Of a stretch of DNA of 64,000 nucleotides, positions 10,174 to 20,191 are shown piece after piece. The notes beneath the pieces were generated by a model. The model did no database searches, was not told where the DNA came from, and worked only from the letters and a program-made list of their open reading frames with translations. The stretch comes from Paracoccaceae bacterium (GTDB lineage: Bacteria; Pseudomonadota; Alphaproteobacteria; Rhodobacterales; Rhodobacteraceae), in contig CANNIA010000002.1 of the NCBI GenBank assembly GCA_947504705.1, positions 49,867 to 113,866 on the forward strand. The letters are read 5' to 3'. Each line of letters begins with the position of its first letter. Within the stretch, counting starts at the first letter, position 1. The position numbers and the translations under genes were made by a program.

Positions 10174-12116
10174 AGCTTAGCCCCCGCCTTGCCGAGGAAA
10201 GCAATCAGAAGCTGAACCGCCGGGCCTTGCTTTTGGGCGGGGCGATGGGGGCGATGTTTGCGGTTCTGGGCGGCCGCATGCGCTATCTGCAGGTCGATCA
10301 AGCTGACGCGCTTCAGCTTCTTGCCGAAGAAAACCGCATTGCCATTCGCCTTATCCCGCCTGCCCGGGGATTGATTCTTGACCGCAACGGCAAGCTGATC
10401 GGCGGAAACGAGCAGAACTATCGCGTGCTGATCACCCGAGAGTCGGCGGGGGATGTGGAACTGGTGCTGAAGCGTCTGGCCAGCCTTATTCCCCTGACCG
10501 AGGACGATCTGGCACAGACGCTGAAAGAGGTCAAAAGCCTAAACCCATTCGTTCCGGTGACCGTGGCCGAAAGGCTAAGCTGGACCGATTTTTCGAAGAT
10601 CGCCCTCAATGCCCCCTCCCTGCCCGGTGTCGTGCCCGAAGTGGGCCTCTCGCGGCATTATCCGCTGGATTATGATTTTGCCCATGTCGTGGGCTATGTC
10701 GGCCCGGTTAGCGAAAAGGATCTTGCCGAAATCGACGGACCCGATCCGCTTTTGTCGATCCCGAAATTCCAGATCGGCAAGATTGGCGTCGAAAGATGGC
10801 TTGAGGATGACCTGCGCGGCCTTGCCGGGACGAAGCGGATCGAAGTAAACTCGGCCGGGCGGGTGATGCGCGAGCTGGACCGGGAAGAGGGTCTGGCCGG
10901 GACCGATATCCGGCTGACCATCGACGCCGATGTACAGAACTTTGCCCAGGCCCGGCTGGGTGAGGAAAGTGCCGCCGTCGTCGTGATGGATGTCACAAAC
11001 GGCGACATCATCTGTTGCGCCTCGGCACCGTCGTTCGACCCGAACCTGTTCGTGCGCGGGATCAGCTTTGCTGAATACAACGCCCTGACCGAAAACGACC
11101 ACCGTCCTTTGGCGAACAAGGCCGTATCGGGGGCCTATCCGCCGGGATCAACCTTCAAAGTGGTGACAGCGCTGGCAGCCCTTGATGCCGGGGCGACGAC
11201 AGCCGAGGATAAAGTGTCCTGCCCCGGCTTTATCGAATTCAGCGGCACCAAGTTCCACTGCTGGAAACATGGGGGCCATGGCCGCGTCAAGTTGCAGCGC
11301 AGCTTGGCGGAAAGCTGCGATGTCTATTATTACGACATGGCCCAGAAGGTGGGCATCGACAAGATCGCCGAAATGGGGCGCAAGTTGGGCCTTGGTCAGC
11401 GCCATGATCTGCCGATGTCGGCGATTGCAACAGCGGCGATGCCAGACAAGGCCTGGAAGCTGGAAAAGTACAAAAAGGACTGGCGGATCGGCGACACGAT
11501 CAACGCTTCAATCGGCCAAGGCTATGTGCTGGCCTCGCCCTTGCAACTGGCAGTGATGACGGCACGGATTGCCAGCGGGCTTGCCGTGGTGCCACGGCTG
11601 GTGCGTGCCATCGGTGACCAAGAGGTGCCCATCGGCGAGGTCCTTCCCCTTGACATCGCAGTCGAGCATCTTGCCGCGGTTCGTGACGGCATGAACGCTG
11701 TGGTAAACAGCGATCAGGGCACCGGAAAATCCAGCCGGATCGTCGAGCCGACAATGGCGATGGCGGGCAAGACGGGCACAAGCCAAGTCCGCAACATCTC
11801 GGCTGCAGAGCGCGAGACCGGGGTCGTTGCGAACGATGATTTGCCCTGGAACCGCCGCGACCATGCGCTTTTCGTGGGCTTTGCCCCCTATGACGCGCCG
11901 CGCTATGCGGTGGCCGTGGTGGTCGAACATGGCGGCGGCGGCGCGCTTGCTGCCGCGCCGATTGCCCGCGACGTGATCTTGCGTGCGCTTTATGGTGGCC
12001 TGCCCCCGCTGGAAGCCTATCCCGAAAGCCAGCGCGGCCGGATCGACACCATGCTGAAGGAATTGCCACTGCGTGACCCGGTGACCGGCATGGCCCCGGT
12101 CCGGACCAAGGCCTGA
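10170..12116 (+). CDS. mrdA: penicillin-binding protein 2 (peptidoglycan D,D-transpeptidase)
   Basis: A GTG at 10170 overlaps the mreD stop (GTGA). Sequence VKLSPRLAEESNQKLNRRALLLGG... carries the SxxK (STFK) motif and a transpeptidase domain. The alternative start is the first ATG, at about 10245. Confidence 0.9.
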   Translation: MKLSPRLAEESNQKLNRRALLLGGAMGAMFAVLGGRMRYLQVDQADALQLLAEENRIAIRLIPPARGLILDRNGKLIGGNEQNYRVLITRESAGDVELVLKRLASLIPLTEDDLAQTLKEVKSLNPFVPVTVAERLSWTDFSKIALNAPSLPGVVPEVGLSRHYPLDYDFAHVVGYVGPVSEKDLAEIDGPDPLLSIPKFQIGKIGVERWLEDDLRGLAGTKRIEVNSAGRVMRELDREEGLAGTDIRLTIDADVQNFAQARLGEESAAVVVMDVTNGDIICCASAPSFDPNLFVRGISFAEYNALTENDHRPLANKAVSGAYPPGSTFKVVTALAALDAGATTAEDKVSCPGFIEFSGTKFHCWKHGGHGRVKLQRSLAESCDVYYYDMAQKVGIDKIAEMGRKLGLGQRHDLPMSAIATAAMPDKAWKLEKYKKDWRIGDTINASIGQGYVLASPLQLAVMTARIASGLAVVPRLVRAIGDQEVPIGEVLPLDIAVEHLAAVRDGMNAVVNSDQGTGKSSRIVEPTMAMAGKTGTSQVRNISAAERETGVVANDDLPWNRRDHALFVGFAPYDAPRYAVAVVVEHGGGGALAAAPIARDVILRALYGGLPPLEAYPESQRGRIDTMLKELPLRDPVTGMAPVRTKA

Positions 12117-12128
12117 GGGGGATATGCG

Positions 12129-13268
12129 ATGACCTATCTGCTCTATTCCCAGAAAGAGATCCCAACAGGGCTGCGGAAAGTTCTCTATCTCAGCTGGCCG
12201 CTGATCATCCTGATTGCCTCGGTGGCATCGATCGGTTTCCTGATGCTTTACTCGATTGCCGGTGGGACGCTGGACACCTGGGCCTGGCCGCAGATGCAGC
12301 GGTTCGGGGTCGGGATGGTGCTCTTGTTCATCGTCGCAATGGTGCCGATCTGGTTCTGGCGCAGCATGTCGGTGGCGGCCTATGTCTTCGCCTTCTTCCT
12401 GCTTTTGGTGGTGCAGTTCTTCGGAACGGTCGGCATGGGCGCGCAGCGCTGGATTGACCTGGGCTTCTTCCGGCTGCAGCCGTCCGAGATGATGAAATTT
12501 ACCCTGGTGATGGTGCTGGCGGCCTATTACGGCAGGCTTGATCCGCGTTTGGTGTCGCGCCCGCTGTATGTGCTGGTCCCGGTTCTGCTGATCGTGACGC
12601 CGACAGTGCTGGTGCTGATGCAGCCGAACCTTGGCACCTCGCTGATGCTTATTCTGGCCGGAGCGACGGTGATGTTCGCCGCCGGAGTCAGTCTTTGGTA
12701 TTTCGGCGCGGTGTTTGCACTTGGCGTCTCGGCGATCGTCGGTGTCTTTACCCTGCGCGGCACGCCTTGGCAGTTCCTGCACGATTATCAGTACAAAAGG
12801 ATCGACACCTTTCTTGACCCGACAGCCGACCCCTTGGGCGCGGGCTACAATATCATCCAGGCCAACATCGCCTTGGGCTCGGGTGGCTGGTCCGGCAAGG
12901 GGTTCATGCAAGGCACGCAAAGTCGGCTGAACTTTCTGCCGGAAAAGCATACCGACTTCATCTTCACCACTCTGGCCGAGGAGTTCGGGTTTGTCGGCGG
13001 CTTTTCCATCCTTTGCCTTTACGCGGCAATCCTGGGCTTTTGCCTGTTCGCCGCCCTGCGGAACCGTGACCGGTTTTCGGCCCTTTTGATCATTGGGGTG
13101 GCGGCGAATTTCTTCTTCTATATCGCGGTCAACTTGTCGATGGTGATGGGCATGGTGCCGGTTGTAGGGGTGCCCTTGCCCTTGCTGAGCTATGGAGGGT
13201 CGGCGATGATGGTGCTGCTGGTGGGCTTTGGTCTGGTGCAAAGCGCCCATGTCCACAGGCCGCGCTGA
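12129..13268 (+). CDS. mrdB: peptidoglycan glycosyltransferase RodA (SEDS family)
   Basis: ORF 12129..13268 is a SEDS polytopic membrane protein immediately after PBP2. Confidence 0.9.
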   Translation: MTYLLYSQKEIPTGLRKVLYLSWPLIILIASVASIGFLMLYSIAGGTLDTWAWPQMQRFGVGMVLLFIVAMVPIWFWRSMSVAAYVFAFFLLLVVQFFGTVGMGAQRWIDLGFFRLQPSEMMKFTLVMVLAAYYGRLDPRLVSRPLYVLVPVLLIVTPTVLVLMQPNLGTSLMLILAGATVMFAAGVSLWYFGAVFALGVSAIVGVFTLRGTPWQFLHDYQYKRIDTFLDPTADPLGAGYNIIQANIALGSGGWSGKGFMQGTQSRLNFLPEKHTDFIFTTLAEEFGFVGGFSILCLYAAILGFCLFAALRNRDRFSALLIIGVAANFFFYIAVNLSMVMGMVPVVGVPLPLLSYGGSAMMVLLVGFGLVQSAHVHRPR

Positions 13269-13892
13269 ATGATCCGGCTTGCCCCCAGACATGGCCGTTT
13301 TGTCAGCGCCTTCGCGGTTGGAGTGATCTTGGCGTTTGTGGCCTGGGCCTTTGGGGTGGCGCCGGCCTTTAGCCTGCTGCTTGGCGCGGACACCTTCTTC
13401 CTGCTTTACCTTGCCCTGATGGCCTGGTTTATCCGCAACGCCGGGCCCGAGGTTCTGCAGCGTCACGCCGCGCAGGCGGATGAAGGCGTGGCGCTGATCC
13501 TCGTCCTTGCCTTGGTGACCGTGATGGTCAGCATCCTTGCGATCTTTCTGGTGCTGAATGCTGCGCAAAGCGGCCTGTCTGCGCATCTCGTGGCGCTTCC
13601 CAGCCTGGCGCTGGGCTGGGCGACGGTGCATGTCCTTGCCGCCTTCCACTATGCCAACCTGTACTACCGCAGCCCCGATCGCGGCATGGTCTTCCCGGGG
13701 ACCGATGCTCCGGGAGCCTGGGATTTCCTTTATGCCAGCTTTACCATCGGGATGACCGCGCAGGTCTCGGACGTGGTGATCGAGACCCGCGCGATGCGGC
13801 AGGCGGTGCTGGTGCACGGAGTCGCCTCGTTCTTCTACAACACCTGCATTCTGGCTTTGGCGGTGAATGCCGCCGTCTCTGCTGCGCTTTAA
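13269..13892 (+). CDS. DUF1345-like membrane protein
   Basis: ORF 13269..13892; its ATG abuts the rodA stop (TGAATG); four predicted TM helices. Confidence 0.55.
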   Translation: MIRLAPRHGRFVSAFAVGVILAFVAWAFGVAPAFSLLLGADTFFLLYLALMAWFIRNAGPEVLQRHAAQADEGVALILVLALVTVMVSILAIFLVLNAAQSGLSAHLVALPSLALGWATVHVLAAFHYANLYYRSPDRGMVFPGTDAPGAWDFLYASFTIGMTAQVSDVVIETRAMRQAVLVHGVASFFYNTCILALAVNAAVSAAL

Positions 13893-14062
13893 CGCCGATT
13901 TCTTCCACGAGATCGGACCGGAGTTTTCCAAAACTCCGCCCCCCCGACGCCGCTTGTGTGGGAGGGAAAGTCTTGACAAAATCCTAACGCCCACGCCCAA
14001 CCTGTTGAAATCCCTTGCCCCCGAAATCTGTCCACCGTGGACAAACCCGAAAGACCCGCCCG

Positions 14063-14977
14063 ATGCTGACTGTCCTCTTCGCCACCCCCAGCCTTTGGGC
14101 CGAGTTCCAGCCCCATCTGACCGCCGCGCTTGCCGAGGCCGGGGTTTCCGCGCGACTGGTCACCGAGGCCAGGCCGGAAGAGGTGGACTATATCGTCTAC
14201 AGCCCGATTTCCCCCCTGCAGGATTTTACCCCCTACACGCGGGCCAAGGCGGTCCTGAACCTGTGGGCCGGGGTCGAGAAGATCGTCGGCAACCAGACCC
14301 TGACCCAACCCCTGTGCCGGATGGTCGATCCCGGCCTGACCGAGGGGATGGTGGAATGGGTCGTCGGCCACTGCCTGCGCCATCATCTGGGGATGGACCG
14401 CCATATCCTGAACCCCGGCCATTTCTGGGATCAGACCTGCCCACCCCTTGCCCGCGAGCGCCCGGTGACGATCCTAGGGATGGGGGCGCTGGGGTCGGCT
14501 TCTGCGGCGGCTTTGCGGGGGATGAATTTCCCGGTGACCGGCTGGAGCCGCACCGCCAAACCCGGCTGCCTGCATGGCGAGGATGGGCTGAAGCAAGCAC
14601 TCTCCAACGCCGCCATTCTGGTGACCCTGCTGCCAAAGACGCCCGAGACCGAGAACCTTCTGAATGCCGACCGGCTGGCGATGCTGCCGAAGGGCGCCGT
14701 GATCGTGAACCCCGGGCGCGGGGCGCTGATCGACGATGACGCGCTGTTGGCGGCACTGGATGCAGGCCATGTCGGGCACGCGACGCTGGATGTGTTCCGG
14801 GTGGAACCGCTGCCCAAGGATCACCGGTATTGGACCCATCCCCGCGTCACGGTAACCCCGCATATCGCCGCCGACACCCGGCCCTCGTCCTCATCCCGCG
14901 TCATCGCCGAGAATATCCGCCGGGGCGAGGCGGGGGAGCCTTACCTCCACCTTGTCGACCGCACACGCGGCTACTGA
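14063..14977 (+). CDS. D-isomer-specific 2-hydroxyacid dehydrogenase (glyoxylate/hydroxypyruvate reductase A-like)
   Basis: MLTVLFATPSLWAEFQPHL... with NAD-binding GMGALG and a catalytic His region (PHIAADT). Internal ATG within ORF 14015..14977. Confidence 0.8.
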   Translation: MLTVLFATPSLWAEFQPHLTAALAEAGVSARLVTEARPEEVDYIVYSPISPLQDFTPYTRAKAVLNLWAGVEKIVGNQTLTQPLCRMVDPGLTEGMVEWVVGHCLRHHLGMDRHILNPGHFWDQTCPPLARERPVTILGMGALGSASAAALRGMNFPVTGWSRTAKPGCLHGEDGLKQALSNAAILVTLLPKTPETENLLNADRLAMLPKGAVIVNPGRGALIDDDALLAALDAGHVGHATLDVFRVEPLPKDHRYWTHPRVTVTPHIAADTRPSSSSRVIAENIRRGEAGEPYLHLVDRTRGY

Positions 14978-15059
14978 CTCCCCGAAGGTCGGGAATGGAA
15001 CAGCCCGGACGCCCCTGCCGTGGCAGGCAGAGCAGCACGGGGTGCGACGAGGGAAAGCG

Positions 15060-15965
15060 ATGCGATACGGTCAGGGTGTGGGCCTTTGTCTTGCGGCGGG
15101 GACCATCTGGTCGCTGATGGGCCTTGGCCTGCGGCAGATCGACGACGCCTCGGTTTGGGCGATCCTGTTCTGGCGATCCATCGGGATGATCCCGGTCCTG
15201 CTGGGGTTCATCTGGTGGACCTCGGGCGGCAAGCCGCTGACCGCGATCCGGGCTGTCGGGCGCAGCGGGGCTTTGGGCGGCTTTGGTCTGGTCTTTGCCT
15301 TTTCCGGCGCGATCTATGCCTTCCAGACAACAACGGTCGCCAACGCGGTTTTCCTGTTCGCCGCCTCGCCCTTTGTTGCGGCGGTCCTTGGCTGGCTGGT
15401 CCTTCGCGAGAAGGTTCGCCCCACCACCTGGCTTTCGATGGCCGTGGCCGTTTTCGGCATGTATCTGATGGTCCGCGACGGACTTGGGACCGGAGCCTTC
15501 ATCGGCAACATGGCGGCACTTATGTCGGCAGCCGGTTTTGGCAGCTTTACCGTCATGCTGCGCTGGGGGCGGGTCAATGACATGCTGCCGGCCGTCCTGC
15601 TTGGGAGCGTCTTCTCAGCCATCATGGCGGGCCTGATCTTGCTGGCCCAGGGCGCAGCAATTATCGTCTCGGCCCACGACATCGGCGTTGCGGTCGCGAT
15701 TGGCGTCTTTGTCGTCTCGCTGGGCCTCGTGCTGTTCACCTTTGGCAGCAAGGTCGTGCCCGCCGCCGAACTGACCCTGCTGTCGCTGGTCGAAGTGCTT
15801 CTAGGTCCGATCTGGGTCTGGGTCTTCCTGGGTGAAACCGCCAGCCGCAACACGCTGATCGGCGGGGCGGTGCTCTTGACGGCCGTTTTGTTGAACGGGC
15901 TTGCCGGTTCCTTGGGCAAATCCGCGCAGGGGGTTGCAGATCGGCCCCAACCGGTGAATGATTGA
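15060..15965 (+). CDS. DMT (EamA) family transporter
   Basis: MRYGQGVGLCLAAGTIWSLMGLGLRQ... Ten TM helices and duplicated EamA domains. ATG lies inside ORF 14952..15965. Confidence 0.8.
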   Translation: MRYGQGVGLCLAAGTIWSLMGLGLRQIDDASVWAILFWRSIGMIPVLLGFIWWTSGGKPLTAIRAVGRSGALGGFGLVFAFSGAIYAFQTTTVANAVFLFAASPFVAAVLGWLVLREKVRPTTWLSMAVAVFGMYLMVRDGLGTGAFIGNMAALMSAAGFGSFTVMLRWGRVNDMLPAVLLGSVFSAIMAGLILLAQGAAIIVSAHDIGVAVAIGVFVVSLGLVLFTFGSKVVPAAELTLLSLVEVLLGPIWVWVFLGETASRNTLIGGAVLLTAVLLNGLAGSLGKSAQGVADRPQPVND

Positions 15966-16168
15966 TCAAATTCGCGGACGGGTGCCTTTTGGCCGTCTGT
16001 GACTTTGGGAGACTGATCGGATGCGATCCGAACCGCAAGATACCACGCATGGCGCCTGCTGGCCCCGCAAGCCCGAATTTGGGGGGGGCTTCGTGGGCGA
16101 TGTTCCTTTGCGCACCTGCGGGGCTGCGGCCCCTGATCCTTATCCGAGATATATGAAAGAGGCACGAC

Positions 16169-17533
16169 ATGCCCGGTAATCTGACACTTGATACCCTTAA
16201 GGCCGCCGTTTCGCGCGGTGAAATCGACACGGTCCTTGTGGCTGGCGTCGACATGCAAGGCCGCCTGATGGGCAAGCGCTTCCACGCGCAATTCTTCGTC
16301 GACGGCGGCCATGAGGAAACCCATTGCTGCAACTATCTGCTGGCCGTCGACATGGAGATGACGACCGTTCAGGGCTACAAATCCTCGAACTGGCAGACGG
16401 GCTATGGCGACTATGTGATGAAGCCCGACCTCGCCACCATGCGCCTAACGCCCTGGCTGCCGGGCACCGCGCTGGTGCTGTGCGATCTTCTGGACCACCA
16501 TCACAACCCGGTTGCGCATTCGCCGCGCCAGATCCTGAAAACCCAGGTAGACCGCGCCCGCGCCATGGGCTTGGAGCCGATGATGGCGACGGAACTGGAA
16601 TTCTATCTGTTCGAGAACAGCTACGAATCCCTGCGCGACTCGAACTTCTCGGGCCTCAAGGCGATCAGCGCCTATAACGAGGATTACCACATCTTCCAGA
16701 CCACCAAGGAAGAAGACGTGATGCGCGCCGTGAGGAACGGGCTTTATGGCGCGGGTATCCCGATCGAGAATTCCAAGGGCGAGGCCGACAGCGGCCAAGA
16801 GGAAGTGAACTACCGCTATTCCGACGCGCTGGACACTGCCGACAACCACACGATCACCAAGCACGGCATCAAGGAGATTGCCTGGTCCAAGGGCCGGTCG
16901 GTCACGTTCATGGCCAAGTATGACCACCGCAAGGCCGGGTCGTCGTCGCATTGCCACCAGTCGCTGTGGACCAAGGACGGCAAGCCTGCCTTCTTTGACA
17001 AGGACGACAAGCACGGCATGTCGGCGCTGATGAAGCACTATATCGCCGGTCAGCTTGCCTATGCCCGCGAGATGACGGTGTTTCTGGCGCCTTACGTCAA
17101 CAGCTACAAGCGGTTCACCGTTGGCATGTTCGCGCCCACCAAGGCGGTCTGGTCGGCAGACAACCGCACCGCAGGCTTCCGGGTCTGCGGCGAACATACC
17201 AAAGCGATCCGGGTCGAATGCCGGATACCGGGGTCGGACGTGAACCCCTACCTCACCTGCGCGGCCCTTCTGGCGGCGGGTCTGGCCGGGATCGAGCAGA
17301 AGCTGGAACTGGAACCCGAGATGAAGGGCGACATGTATTCGGCCGGCGGTGTGCGGGAAATCCCGCACAACCTGCGCGAAGCGGCCGATCTGCTGAACGG
17401 GTCCAAGATGTATCGTGCGGCCTTTGGCGACGATGTGATCGACCATTACCACCATGCCGCCCAGTGGGAGATTTCGGAGACCGACCGCGTGGTCACGGAC
17501 TTCGAGATCCAGCGGCTGTTGGAACGCGCGTAA
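16169..17533 (+). CDS. glutamine synthetase family protein (gamma-glutamyl-amine ligase, PuuA/GlnA3-like)
   Basis: ORF 16169..17533 carries glutamine-synthetase catalytic-domain motifs (NAGFRVCGEHTKAIRVECRIPGSDVNPYL). Confidence 0.85.
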   Translation: MPGNLTLDTLKAAVSRGEIDTVLVAGVDMQGRLMGKRFHAQFFVDGGHEETHCCNYLLAVDMEMTTVQGYKSSNWQTGYGDYVMKPDLATMRLTPWLPGTALVLCDLLDHHHNPVAHSPRQILKTQVDRARAMGLEPMMATELEFYLFENSYESLRDSNFSGLKAISAYNEDYHIFQTTKEEDVMRAVRNGLYGAGIPIENSKGEADSGQEEVNYRYSDALDTADNHTITKHGIKEIAWSKGRSVTFMAKYDHRKAGSSSHCHQSLWTKDGKPAFFDKDDKHGMSALMKHYIAGQLAYAREMTVFLAPYVNSYKRFTVGMFAPTKAVWSADNRTAGFRVCGEHTKAIRVECRIPGSDVNPYLTCAALLAAGLAGIEQKLELEPEMKGDMYSAGGVREIPHNLREAADLLNGSKMYRAAFGDDVIDHYHHAAQWEISETDRVVTDFEIQRLLERA

Positions 17534-17610
17534 CCTGTAGGGTGCGCTTTCATGGCGCACCTTCCACACCGCACGGTGCGCCATGAATGCGCACTCTACG
17601 AGGAATGAAA

Positions 17611-18987
17611 ATGAAACCGATTCAACTGATTTCGCCGGTGGACGGCCGGGTTTACGCCGAGCGGATGCCGCTGTCGGCTGACGCTGCCGATGCCGTCGTC
17701 GCCCGCGCCAAGGCTGCCCAGAAGCCTTGGGCCGCCCGCCCGCTGGCCGAACGGATCGCGCTGGTCAAGGCTGGCGTCGCCAAGCTGAACACCATGACCG
17801 AAGTTGTGGTGGAAGAGATCGCATGGCAGATGGGCCGCCCGACCCGTTACGGCGGCGAGTTTGGTGGGGTGAACGCCCGGACCGACTATATGGCCTCGAT
17901 CGCAGCCAAGACCTTGGCAAACGAGATGATCGAAGACAGCGACAAGTTCCGCCGCTACCTCGCCCGCGAAGCTGTCGGCGTGGTCTTCATCGTGGCGCCG
18001 TGGAACTATCCCTACCTCACCACGATCAACACCCTTGTTCCGGCCCTGATCGCCGGGAACACGGTGGTGCTGAAGCATGCGTCGCAGACCCTGCTCGTGG
18101 GTGAGCGTCTGGCCGAGGCTTTCCATGCCGCCGGTATCCCCGAGGATGTGTTCCAGAACGTCGTCCTTGACCACGCCACCACCGAACGCCTGATCGGGGC
18201 GCGGAGCTTCGGATTTGTGAACTTCACCGGTTCGGTCGGTGGCGGGCAAGCGATGGAACGGGCGGCGGCTGGCACCTTCACGCCGCTGGGGCTGGAGCTT
18301 GGTGGCAAGGATCCGGGCTATGTCCGCGCGGATGCCGATCTGGAACTTGCTGTCGACGTGCTGATGGACGGCGCGATGTACAACGCCGGGCAGTGCTGCT
18401 GCGGGATCGAGCGGATTTACGTCCATGAATCCCTCTTCGACAGCTTTGTCGAGAAATCAGTCGCCTGGGTTGGCCAGTTGAAGCTGGGCAATCCCTTCGA
18501 CGCCTCGACCACGCTTGGGCCGATGGCGCACAAGCGCTTTGCGCAGGTGGTGCGCGACCAGACGGCAGAAGCGATCGCCAAGGGGGCGAAGCCTCTGCTG
18601 GACCCAAAGAAGTTTGCCGATGACGGCGGTGCCTATCTAGCGCCGCAGATTCTGGTGAATGTCGATCATTCGATGCGGGTGATGAAGCAAGAGAGCTTTG
18701 GCCCCGTGGTCGGCATCATGAAGGTGAAGAACGACGCCGAGGCGCTGCAGTTGATGAACGACAGCCCGTATGGCCTGACCGCCAGCATCTGGACCCAAGA
18801 CTATGACACCGCGGCTGCGCTTGGTTCGCAAGTGGAAACCGGGACCGTGTTCATGAACCGGGCCGATTATCTTGACCCGGCGCTGACCTGGACCGGGGTC
18901 AAGGACACCGGGCGCGGCACCTCGCTTTCCTATCTGGGGTTCCATTCGGTGACCCGTCCGAAATCCTTCCATCTGAAGAAAGTCTGA
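17611..18987 (+). CDS. NAD(P)-dependent aldehyde dehydrogenase
   Basis: Aldehyde dehydrogenase motifs are present (ELGGKDP; catalytic Cys region GQCCCGIERIYV). ATG at 17611 has a GAGGA Shine-Dalgarno at suitable spacing. Confidence 0.9.
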   Translation: MKPIQLISPVDGRVYAERMPLSADAADAVVARAKAAQKPWAARPLAERIALVKAGVAKLNTMTEVVVEEIAWQMGRPTRYGGEFGGVNARTDYMASIAAKTLANEMIEDSDKFRRYLAREAVGVVFIVAPWNYPYLTTINTLVPALIAGNTVVLKHASQTLLVGERLAEAFHAAGIPEDVFQNVVLDHATTERLIGARSFGFVNFTGSVGGGQAMERAAAGTFTPLGLELGGKDPGYVRADADLELAVDVLMDGAMYNAGQCCCGIERIYVHESLFDSFVEKSVAWVGQLKLGNPFDASTTLGPMAHKRFAQVVRDQTAEAIAKGAKPLLDPKKFADDGGAYLAPQILVNVDHSMRVMKQESFGPVVGIMKVKNDAEALQLMNDSPYGLTASIWTQDYDTAAALGSQVETGTVFMNRADYLDPALTWTGVKDTGRGTSLSYLGFHSVTRPKSFHLKKV

Positions 18988-18991
18988 CACC

Positions 18992-20152
18992 ATGACCCAC
19001 AGTGTTCCCAATCGGAACTGGTCCTACCCGACCGCCATCAAGTTCGGCGTTGGCCGGATTTCCGAACTGGCCGAGCATGCGAAATCGGCGGGGCTGAAGA
19101 AGCCCCTCCTTGTCACCGACAAGGCGCTGGCCAGCCTGCCGATCACCAAGACCGCGCTGGATGTGCTGGAAGCCGGCGGCCTTGGCCGCGCGGTATTCTC
19201 CGAGGTCGACCCGAACCCGAATGAAACGAACATGGCCGCCGGGATCGAGGTTTACAAGGCGGGCGGCCATGACGGCGTGATCTGCTTTGGTGGCGGTTCC
19301 GCCTTGGATCTTGGCAAGATGATCGCGCTGATGGCGCATCAGGACCCGAAGCTGAAGGTCTGGCAGCTTGAGGATATCGACGACTGGTACACCCGCGCCG
19401 ATGCATCCAAGATCGCGCCGATCATTGCGGTGCCGACGACTGCCGGGACCGGCAGCGAAGTGGGTCGGGCGGGCGTGCTGACCAATTCCGAGACCCACAA
19501 GAAGAAGATCATCTTCCACCCGAAACTGATGCCCGTCGTCACGATCTGTGACCCGGCGCTGACGGTCGGCATGCCGAAGTTCATCACTGCTGGCACCGGC
19601 ATGGACGCGCTGGCGCATTGCCTTGAGGCCTATTGCTCGCCCTTTTACCACCCGATGTCGCAAGGCATCGCGCTGGAAGGTATGCGGCTGGTGTTCGAAA
19701 ACCTGCCGAAGGCCTATGCCGATCCGAACGACCTGGAGGCCCGCGCCCACATGATGTCGGCGGCGGCGATGGGGGCGACGGCATTCCAGAAGGGACTTGG
19801 CGCGATTCACAGCCTGAGCCACCCGATTGGCGCGGTCTATGGCACCCATCATGGCACAACCAATGCCGTGGTGATGCCGATGGTGCTGGATTTCAACCGC
19901 CGCGCGGTGAAGGACCGCTTGAATGCGGTGGCTGCCTATTGCGGGATCAAGAGCGGGTTCCGTGGCCTGCGTGAGCGGATCGTCAACCTAAGGGCCGAGC
20001 TTAACATCCCGGAAAATCTGACAAAATTGGGGGTTAAGGAGGCAGATCTTGATATGCTGACCAAGATGGCCCTGGAAGACCCATCTTGCGGCGGCAACCC
20101 GATCAAGATGACGAAGACCAATACGCGGGCCTTGTTTCAGGCCTGCATGTAA
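18992..20152 (+). CDS. iron-containing alcohol dehydrogenase
   Basis: GGGSALD and metal-binding His motifs are present (DALAHCLE; HSLSHPIG). Confidence 0.9.
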   Translation: MTHSVPNRNWSYPTAIKFGVGRISELAEHAKSAGLKKPLLVTDKALASLPITKTALDVLEAGGLGRAVFSEVDPNPNETNMAAGIEVYKAGGHDGVICFGGGSALDLGKMIALMAHQDPKLKVWQLEDIDDWYTRADASKIAPIIAVPTTAGTGSEVGRAGVLTNSETHKKKIIFHPKLMPVVTICDPALTVGMPKFITAGTGMDALAHCLEAYCSPFYHPMSQGIALEGMRLVFENLPKAYADPNDLEARAHMMSAAAMGATAFQKGLGAIHSLSHPIGAVYGTHHGTTNAVVMPMVLDFNRRAVKDRLNAVAAYCGIKSGFRGLRERIVNLRAELNIPENLTKLGVKEADLDMLTKMALEDPSCGGNPIKMTKTNTRALFQACM

Positions 20153-20191
20153 GGAAGGGACCCGACGGGCACTGTCTGTCGGGTCACCCAT

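Noticed and set aside
11508-14000. 830-aa minus-strand ORF
   Set aside because: It is antisense to mrdA, rodA and the DUF1345 gene, whose homology is clear. Its His/Arg/Gly-rich, low-complexity translation is typical of spurious long ORFs in high-GC DNA.
16445-17584. 379-aa minus-strand ORF
   Set aside because: It is antisense to the glutamine-synthetase-like gene.
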